Assembly (NCBI GenBank): GCA_036269115.1
Contig: DATAST010000063.1
Coordinates: forward strand, 19,674-83,673
DNA from: Verrucomicrobiia bacterium
Lineage (GTDB): Bacteria; Verrucomicrobiota; Verrucomicrobiia; Limisphaerales; UBA11358
DNA: 64,000 nt
Direction of reading: 5' to 3'
The position numbers and the translations under genes were made by a program. This document shows positions 47,478 through 54,940 of this stretch, one piece after another. A model generated the notes under the pieces. That model saw only the letters and a program-made list of their open reading frames with translations. It ran no database searches and was not told where the DNA came from. The first letter of the stretch is position 1, and each line of letters starts with the position of its first letter.

Positions 47478-48254
47478 ATGAGCAATATGAAATCTCTCTA
47501 CCGGTTCGTGCTTGCTGCTGCGTTCCTGCTCGGTTTGACCGGCATCGCCGCCGCACGCATCGTTAGTATTTGGTCGTATCAAGAACTTCTTGAGAAATCT
47601 ACCTTGGTGGTCATCGCCACTCCTGCGGCCACCAACGATACCAAAGAGCATATCGACCTCCCAGGCTTCAATGGCGAGCATGTCATAGGCGTCGAAACCA
47701 GATTTACCATTTCCGCTGTTCTCAAGGGCAATAAGGCGCTAAGGGCTATTGTCCTTCACCATTACCGCACCGCCGATGGCGTAAATTATGCTCACGTTGT
47801 TAACGGCCCGAGTTTTGTCTACTTCGCCGCCCCTGGCGAAAATCCGACATCGATTCACCGGACGTATGTTCTATTCCTCCTGCGGGAAGCTGATGGCCGC
47901 TACGCGCCAGTGGTCGGGCAGACGGACCCGGGACTTGCAGTCAAGGAACTTGAAGGTGTGTACGCGAGCGCAGTTACTGAAACCCAGACGAAGCTTGGAA
48001 TCGACATCGCGAACGCTCTCAGGCAATGCCAGTCGATCCGCGCCGGAATGACACGCGCAGAGCTTTCCAAGGTTTTTTACACTGAAGGTGGACTTTCGAC
48101 CGTGACGCATCGGACTTACGTTTATCGCGATTGTCCATACATCAAGGTTGATGTTGATTTTGCCCCTTCAGCTCCGAAGCAGGATGTGGAAAAGCCGACT
48201 GATAATGTAATCAGAATCTCGAAGCCGTATCTGGACTGGAGTGTCGCTGATTGA
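47478..48254 (+). CDS. Hypothetical exported protein, apparently two domains
   Basis: Signal-peptide-like MKSLYRFVLAAAFLLGLTGIAAA within an uninterrupted ORF; start uncertain. Confidence 0.75.
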   Translation: MSNMKSLYRFVLAAAFLLGLTGIAAARIVSIWSYQELLEKSTLVVIATPAATNDTKEHIDLPGFNGEHVIGVETRFTISAVLKGNKALRAIVLHHYRTADGVNYAHVVNGPSFVYFAAPGENPTSIHRTYVLFLLREADGRYAPVVGQTDPGLAVKELEGVYASAVTETQTKLGIDIANALRQCQSIRAGMTRAELSKVFYTEGGLSTVTHRTYVYRDCPYIKVDVDFAPSAPKQDVEKPTDNVIRISKPYLDWSVAD

Positions 48255-48284
48255 AAGGGACGCCTAACACCGCGCAGGGGCCAG

Positions 48285-48341
48285 CAGAGTGGCTGGTTTT
48301 GATTCGACCCCGGCTGGCTGGTTTTGAAGTGACCGGTGACA
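48285..48341 (+). mobile_element. IS21-family right terminal sequence
   Basis: Same sequence as 45408-45463, downstream of the istB fragment in the expected orientation. Confidence 0.75.
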
Positions 48342-48343
48342 AG

Positions 48344-48502
48344 GGTGTGGAAACTGGAAACTTTGGGAAACGAATTTGGAAACGAAGTTGTTTCCAGGAC
48401 TGAGAAGCGCGCTTTTGCTGGCGAATTTGAGCATGACAGGAAACAAGCGAAGTCGCGCCGGGAGGAAACTTCGAAGGGTTTTTTGACGGTCCGAAGTTTC
48501 CT
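48344..48502. repeat. 159-bp direct repeat, copy 2
   Basis: Matches 43898-44056 and begins 2 nt after the IS21 end. Confidence 0.9.
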
Positions 48503-48792
48503 CCAGCAGGGCGGGTGGGCGGGTTGGCACCGCGGCCAGGACGCCTTATTTGAATTTACCTCCGATAAGGAGAAGATGCTTGAGTTTTTCAAGAGTCTGG
48601 CCCAACAACGTTTTCGTTTCGTGTAACGCCGAATCAAGATCGGCAATCGATGCACGCTGAGCGGCAGATTCGTTTTCTGCCTGCGCCTTAACTGCCGTGC
48701 GCCTGCGCGAAACTGAGCTGCGGCCGTTCCATCATGGCGAAAGCAGTGGTGCTTTTTATTGTTTGCGTTATTCAACAGCGTTATAAAGTGAG

Positions 48793-49876
48793 ATGCCGAA
48801 CATGAACACCAGTAACGATTTTAAGAATCTCCAGGTGATTATTTTTGCAATGCGACCCGGCCGTCTTGCAATGTTTGAAAGGGCTGGAACCGTTGACGAA
48901 GACCATCTTGATGAATTGGATATTCCTGTTGATAACACCCAGTTTGTCGAACCGGTTGAATATTTTGAGCGAAGTAAAAACCAGCCGCTCATATGTTTGA
49001 TTTGCGATGAACAGAAGATCCTGCGCTATTTGGCCAAGGGTAACCGAAGAGGAACAGTTCGCTTTTCAGCAACAAAAGGATGCGGTGCTTTTGTCCTTTC
49101 AATTCGCCGGGTTGGATCGTAAGCGGCACCTGAATTTCTACTATGAAACGAGTGCTCCGCCCAAATCATATTTAGAAGGCCTTTCAAAATCGCGCCTACG
49201 CGAAGATGCGATGATTGATAACGACCTCAATCGATTTCCTGGGTTTAAAGAAATCAAAAGATTCGTTCAGAATGCAGTGCAGTTTACGGATAATAGAGTA
49301 GTTCTGACCGTGTTGTTGGTTAATCGGCAGCCCTTGGAAACGCTCATTGGTACTGATTTGATTTACTATAACGAGACTTTCAAATCATTCGTAATGGTCC
49401 AATACAAAGCGATGGAAAAAGAGGGAAGCGATTCGGTTTTTAGAATACCAAATCTCGGTCTCAACCGTGAAATTGACAACATGCGTGCCTTTTTCGATGA
49501 GATGCAGTCCATTCCAGCTGACCAAGCAAAGGAGCCGACAGGATTTCGATTCCATTACAACCCATTTTTCCTAAAATTCTGTCCTCGGACAATTGAAAGA
49601 CCGGACGAAGTTGAACTGACACCGGGCATGTACATGCCAATAGATTATTGGGCTCGCCTTAGTTCTGGCTCTCACCTTCAAGGGGAAAGCGGTGGAAAGG
49701 CGCTACGTTTTGAAAATGCTGGCCGATACATGAACAACTCAGACTTTGCGACATTGGTTAGCAAAGCATGGATAGGAACCCACATTGAACACTCCGCAAT
49801 AATCGAAAAGGTTGTGCGCCAAACGTTGGAAACAGGGAAATCCGTTACCATAGCACATGTGCGGCAAGATAGCTGA
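48793..49876 (+). pseudogene. Hypothetical gene split across two frames near 49050; C-terminal part has a PD-(D/E)xK-like motif
   Basis: Protein-like sequence in 48793.. up to YLAKGNRRGT continues in the 49007 frame (FQQQKDAV...GTDLIYYN...FVMVQYK). Confidence 0.6.
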
Positions 49877-49883
49877 GTCAGCT

Positions 49884-51302
49884 TTAGGTTGTGCGCTTGA
49901 CGGTAAGTATCGGCGATTTTCCAAGCACCGTCACCGTTTTCGATGCCCGTGTCAGGCAGACGTACAAAGCCTCGGCGTCCGGGAAGTCGGCAGCGTTTAG
50001 AATTAACGCATGGTCAAATTCAAGCCCTTTGACGAGTAATGGCGTGGCGAGGCACTTTGACCACGGCTTTCGTCCAATCTTGCGGATATGGTCCCGATGA
50101 CGCCAGGATGCCTCATGCAAAGGACGTTCTGTGGCACCCGCAGCCTCTTGCGCGGCTTGACGCAAACCGGACCAAATTTCCCTGCTTTTAAACATTGGCT
50201 TTTCTTCGAGAGCGAGGTAGGCGTCCATCACCGCCACGATAGTTCTGGTATCCTGTGATTCCCGAACTGTCTCCAGTGTGGCCGCAAGGTGCTTTAAATC
50301 TGGCCGTCTCGCGCGCGTCGGTTTCCCATCAATGACGGATTTCAGCACTGAATCTAAAAGTGCGGGAATTCGGGTCAGCCATTTTTCCGCGAATTCGCCG
50401 AGTACTTTTACCCGTGCCGGACCGGTGGCAACGTCAATTTTTTCAGCCCATCTCATCAAATCTTCTGCGTGGGCGTCTTCAAAAACGACGTAACGGTTTT
50501 GAAGGTGACCAGCCAAAAAGTGACATTGCTCCCGCCGCTGATATAAACCCACAACCGTTTCCGTCCCCACTTTCATTTTTTCAAGGCATTCACTTAAGGC
50601 TTGTCGTGCGGGGTCGCACTGTACGAATCGTACGCTGCCAACCTTCTGCAAATCTATGTCGCCGCCTTTAATCAGTGTTCGGCGGATTTCCAGTAGCCAT
50701 TTTCCCAACGGCTCGTTTTTCCCAACCCAGCGGTGGGGCGTTCTCAACTCACCAATAAGAGGAAATGTCTTTGCCACGGTTTCCCACGGCAGAGCGTGGG
50801 CCTTGTTCACTTTCGAAAACACGGATTGCAGCGGGTCCCCAAGTACCCGGCAGGGCAAAATGGAGGCGAGCGATTCGATCATGCTGTGCTGTCCCTTGCA
50901 GCAATCCTGGTACTCATCGACAAACACGCCTGCATAGGAAACCTGAAGCACTTCGCGGGCGACCCGCGCACACAAAATCTTTTTTGCCGCCGGACGTAAA
51001 AGTTGCCATTCCTCTCCTTTAGGCGTCAGCGTGTTCCAACCGCTTAACGTCGGAAATGCGGTGGCGTAGCGCAGGGCAAACGCATCGAGTGTGGCGATTC
51101 GATACGAATCCGGAGGCACGGCCATTATCGACATTCTGTCACGGATCGCTCTCACCCCCGCATGGGTATGGGTCAAGATCAGTTGCCTCCCGGTACAATG
51201 CAATGTGGCCTCAGAAATCAAATGCGTTTTACCGCATCCCGCCGGGGCCACTACCAGGGCGTGTTTACCACATGCCAAGACTTTTGCGAAGTCATCAGCC
51301 AT
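49884..51302 (-). CDS. UvrD/SF1 helicase, GajB-like
   Basis: APAGCGKT, LTHT, FVDEYQD, GDPLQSVF, VKGLEFD and YVCLTRA motifs; overlaps the end of the upstream nuclease gene. Confidence 0.9.
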   Translation of the reverse strand: MADDFAKVLACGKHALVVAPAGCGKTHLISEATLHCTGRQLILTHTHAGVRAIRDRMSIMAVPPDSYRIATLDAFALRYATAFPTLSGWNTLTPKGEEWQLLRPAAKKILCARVAREVLQVSYAGVFVDEYQDCCKGQHSMIESLASILPCRVLGDPLQSVFSKVNKAHALPWETVAKTFPLIGELRTPHRWVGKNEPLGKWLLEIRRTLIKGGDIDLQKVGSVRFVQCDPARQALSECLEKMKVGTETVVGLYQRREQCHFLAGHLQNRYVVFEDAHAEDLMRWAEKIDVATGPARVKVLGEFAEKWLTRIPALLDSVLKSVIDGKPTRARRPDLKHLAATLETVRESQDTRTIVAVMDAYLALEEKPMFKSREIWSGLRQAAQEAAGATERPLHEASWRHRDHIRKIGRKPWSKCLATPLLVKGLEFDHALILNAADFPDAEALYVCLTRASKTVTVLGKSPILTVKRTT

Positions 51303-53031
51303 AAATCCACGCCGCCAAGGCTGATAATAGCTTTTCAGTCGGCTTACCTTTGAGGTTCGACATCGCGGAGCCTACTATTTCACCAAGACGGATGCCCAAC
51401 GTAACATCTTTAAACCAGCCAGCTTTCTTCCCGCCGAATTTGCCGGCTTTCGCAGCGGCGCCAATCGCAGAACGAAGTTGCGTTTCAGTGAGGCCAGCCT
51501 TCAGCCAGCTCTCGAATGAGTTTAGGTGCCCAGCCAATTTTTTGTCGGAAAATTCCGAAACGTGCGAATTAATAGCATCGGGACCGTACTCCTCAATGGC
51601 GGCATTGATTATTTCTTGTACCGATTCCACCGGCAAATCCACCATCAGACGCTGTTCTGTGGACATTTTGCCTTCCCATAGAAACGGCACAACGCCAGCC
51701 TTATTCAAGGTATTTGCGTCAGGCTCAATAGGTTCGTCTGTGTCTGCCAGCAACGCAACGTCGTAGCCAATCCTTTTCAATTCCAATGCGCATGCCGGTG
51801 CAGCGGTTCGCCCTTTGCCATCTATGTAAACGAAACCAACGTTGACAGGATGCTGGCCTCCTTTTTCTTTCGTCCAGTGCCGCATTAGCCCACGAATTAA
51901 TCCGACCTCAGTGGCGCCTTCGCACAATAATAGCTTCCGCCCTAAAAAAGCGAGCGGCTGTGTCCGCGCAACTCCCTGAAGATTGTCCAAATGGTCTTTA
52001 CCTGCCTGCGTAATCGTGGTCTCGCCACCTTTGGTTCGCACGAAATACAAATCGCCTACCGGTAAAGCGATAATTGATGTGGGCGAATGGGTAGTGAAGA
52101 TTATCTGACCCCCCGTCCGCGGTTTTCCATCGGCGGTGAGAGTTAATCGTTCAATCAAATGGCGAATGCGATGCGGTTCCAGACCGTACTCAATCTCGTC
52201 CAACAGCAAGATTGAATATTTACCAATTCCACTTTGTTGAATCCCCAACGCAACCAATCGTTTTGTGCCCAATCCCCACAATCGCATTGGCACGTTGGCC
52301 TCGTGCAATCCAAGCACTGAATTTCCCATTGCGAAACCACTGCCATCCAATCCCGGCTTCAAATCTTTAAAATCAGCGCCTAAAAAACGCGCGGCATCCA
52401 ACGTTGCCTTTGCCGCTTCTTGCAGTTCGGGCATCTTCGCGCCCGCCACCACTTGGCGCGCCTTTCGCGCAACCTCCACAAAAGTTTGCGTGGTCGAAGC
52501 GCTTTTGGCTGTCAATTTCGACAAAGCTGAACCGCGACCCCACGTAAGATGCCGGTCCACATCCTCTCCCAGACGTGTCACCCCAAGCTTTTCGCGGTCC
52601 TGCCACCCAATCCGCTTCGGCTCTCCCTGGCTGTCTTTAACAATTTCCCAAACGGGCTCCAAAGTTTTGTCGATGGTGAGTTTCAGCGTCAGGGCCATTT
52701 CACATTTGTCGTCCGGGTCGTCCACAACGCCATTCACCGGATGTATGCCACGTACGAAAAGTCCAAATTTATCTGGTTCGGCAATTAGTTCCTTCGGAAA
52801 TTCCGTAAGTGTTACTTTGATTGCGATGGGTTTCTCCACGTCTCCATTGTGAAAATCGGCATCAGAGACTTGCAGGTTCGAGCGTGGCGACAACGCAAAT
52901 TCAATTGCATCCAAAATGGTCGTTTTTGTGGAGTCGTTCGGACCAATTAACGAAACGATCCGTCCGTTTAGGAACCATTTGAAGTTCCTAATCCCCCTGA
53001 AGTTCTCTATCTGGACCTGGCGAATCTGCAT
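51295..53031 (-). CDS. OLD-family ATP-dependent nuclease (ABC ATPase + TOPRIM), GajA-like
   Basis: IENFRGI, GPNDSTKTT, LLLDEIEYGLEP, TTHSP, TOPRIM CEGATE and DTD motifs; start at MQIRQV. Confidence 0.9.
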   Translation of the reverse strand: MQIRQVQIENFRGIRNFKWFLNGRIVSLIGPNDSTKTTILDAIEFALSPRSNLQVSDADFHNGDVEKPIAIKVTLTEFPKELIAEPDKFGLFVRGIHPVNGVVDDPDDKCEMALTLKLTIDKTLEPVWEIVKDSQGEPKRIGWQDREKLGVTRLGEDVDRHLTWGRGSALSKLTAKSASTTQTFVEVARKARQVVAGAKMPELQEAAKATLDAARFLGADFKDLKPGLDGSGFAMGNSVLGLHEANVPMRLWGLGTKRLVALGIQQSGIGKYSILLLDEIEYGLEPHRIRHLIERLTLTADGKPRTGGQIIFTTHSPTSIIALPVGDLYFVRTKGGETTITQAGKDHLDNLQGVARTQPLAFLGRKLLLCEGATEVGLIRGLMRHWTKEKGGQHPVNVGFVYIDGKGRTAAPACALELKRIGYDVALLADTDEPIEPDANTLNKAGVVPFLWEGKMSTEQRLMVDLPVESVQEIINAAIEEYGPDAINSHVSEFSDKKLAGHLNSFESWLKAGLTETQLRSAIGAAAKAGKFGGKKAGWFKDVTLGIRLGEIVGSAMSNLKGKPTEKLLSALAAWIYG

Positions 53032-53230
53032 AAATCGGCCTCGGCTACATGTGAAGGCGCATTTTCGCCGCAAAAACCGGGAATTTCTAGGTAAATCTTC
53101 TTCGCGGCGGTCGCAAATATATGCGAGCAATAGCAAAAGCCAGCAATCATTGCCTGTTTCAAAAAGTTTCAAATACATCCGCCTTCGCTCAGAAGCTTCC
53201 GCCTTCGCTTAAAGGCTTCCTCCTGCGCCA

Positions 53231-53366
53231 AGGCTTCGGCGAACAAGACGGCGAACAAGACGGCGGACAAGATGGCGCGACAGGGGTGCGCATAAATGCC
53301 GTGAGTGCCAAGCACGAAAGAGACAAGAGACAGAATTTAACCCCAAAGATCTTAACCCCAAAGATC
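53231..53366. repeat. Short tandem repeats: 12-mer CGGCGAACAAGA x~3.5 and 15-mer TTAACCCCAAAGATC x2
   Basis: Directly visible at ~53231-53272 and 53337-53366. Confidence 0.85.
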
Positions 53367-53457
53367 ACAAAGAACGCAGAGGATTATTCGCGGCAAAATC
53401 GATTTCCTTCCTGGTTTCCTTCATTCCTCATTGTTTTATCCGCAGCTCCTGCCTAAA

Positions 53458-53502
53458 CATTAAAAGAAAATTATATAAGATGTTCTTGTCAGGTCTGTTG
53501 GG
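53458..53502. repeat. 45-bp site, copy 2
   Basis: 42/45 identical to 47117-47161; supplies the stop codon of ORF 53489-53935. Confidence 0.9.
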
Positions 53503-53935
53503 CTAATCTAGCCCCTTTAGCTGAGTTGACGATGCTTTCGGTCCCCACACGGGAGTCGATGCGGCCATATCTACAGATGAATGGATAGCCCTCGATGTCC
53601 ACGCCCTCGGGATGCCCAATTGGGTGCTTTCCGTTCGGTTTGACTGGCTTTTTACTGACTATGAAATTTGCCGCGGAATGGTTGTCGATCTTCCAATCCG
53701 AACCATCCAGCCGCAGCAGCAACGACACGATGAGTCCTTTGTATCGCTCGTGGCCGGATATGGTCTCGCCATAGACTCCGACTACTCGGCCGTTCTCCTC
53801 AATTGCGCCTGAAATCTTCAAAGCGAAAGGACTTGGGTCGTTGATGAATTCATAGCGGCCCTGGCCATGGACGATTTGAATATCTTCCGACGGCGTCACC
53901 GTTACAACGGAACCAATTTGCGCAATCGAGGGCAT
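53489..53935 (-). CDS. Hypothetical protein (148 aa)
   Basis: ATG-started ORF with protein-like composition and no recognised motif. Confidence 0.6.
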   Translation of the reverse strand: MPSIAQIGSVVTVTPSEDIQIVHGQGRYEFINDPSPFALKISGAIEENGRVVGVYGETISGHERYKGLIVSLLLRLDGSDWKIDNHSAANFIVSKKPVKPNGKHPIGHPEGVDIEGYPFICRYGRIDSRVGTESIVNSAKGARLAQQT

Positions 53936-54102
53936 ATTAAAGTTTCCGGGCTTTCCGGGATGACCCGATGGAGATCAATATCGCCGATCCATTGCGAAAA
54001 TCGAATGCTTTCGGTCATCCTTCGGCCGGATAGTTAAAAATCATTTACTCGGCGCCCCCTTCAGGCCACGGTTTTTGCGAGGCTTACGCAGAGTTCCAAA
54101 AA

Positions 54103-54145
54103 GTTCTAAAAAGTGTCAAAAGGTGGCAAATAAACCTATTGAACA
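54103..54145. repeat. 43-bp dispersed repeat, copy B
   Basis: Matches 4307-4349. Confidence 0.85.
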
Positions 54146-54413
54146 CGTCGTTAGCGCGTGAGAAAATGCCACTGTGAAGGATACTATTTCCGACAGTGCA
54201 AGTCCCATGGGGAATCATTGTCATCGTCATCGTCGACACCGGTTAAGAGGAGGCATCTTCGTAGTCCGCATCTTTCGTGTGTTTCGTCCTTTTGCCCGCA
54301 CGCGGCTTGGAACAGGATGTCGGAAAAACAGAGTTCTTATGTTCTCTGCACGCTTTCGCGGTAGCTCTGGATCGACCCTTCGCATTCTTCGCGGCCTTCG
54401 CGCGACCAATCCG

Positions 54414-54830
54414 TTTCAACGCTCTTGCCGCGGCGAAGCGCAGCGAAGACGGGTCAACATTTCAACGCCTCAACGACGTCCGCACCGAACTGTCTCCGCG
54501 CAAAATGCAATGGACAATTCAATTCCGTCACAAGAATCATGATCATAAGACGTTACACAGATACGGAACAATTGAATTGTCCCAAACAATCCCTCTTGAT
54601 GGGGGGACAGTTCCCTGCCAAAACGCTCTTCCAAATATCACAAATACAAGGCATTTCCGCTTCCATCCCTTCCCATTCATCCCATCTGTCCCTTTTTCGC
54701 GGCCAAAACGCATCGGGGCTGACAAATAGATGGCCGCAGATCAAAATCGCACTATCGTGCGGCGGGGCACTTAGCGGCTTGTTTTTTGGGCGGTTTACCC
54801 TGGAAGGACAGGCATGGCCGGATTCTGTGT
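54414..54830. repeat. ~400-bp non-coding dispersed repeat, copy B
   Basis: Matches 4657-5055, with one ~18-bp indel near the 5' end. Confidence 0.9.
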
Positions 54831-54940
54831 ACCCAACAGTGCCGGGCGGATGCGCTTGGGCAATCCGTTGTAGATAAAAATGAGTTCGTGATGTAGCATC
54901 CCGGCTGAAACAAGGGACGCATAGAAAAAGGTTCAAGTAT

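Noticed and set aside
53032-53178. 49-aa N-terminal extension of the OLD nuclease given by the ORF track
   Set aside because: The family begins at MQIRQVQIENFRG; the extension overlaps repeat DNA.
53285-53295. GGTGCGCATAA, identical to the E. coli dif XerC arm
   Set aside because: No XerD arm follows at 6 bp; probably chance.
53231-53366. Short repeats as a CRISPR array
   Set aside because: Units are 12-15 bp and contiguous, with no spacers and no cas genes.
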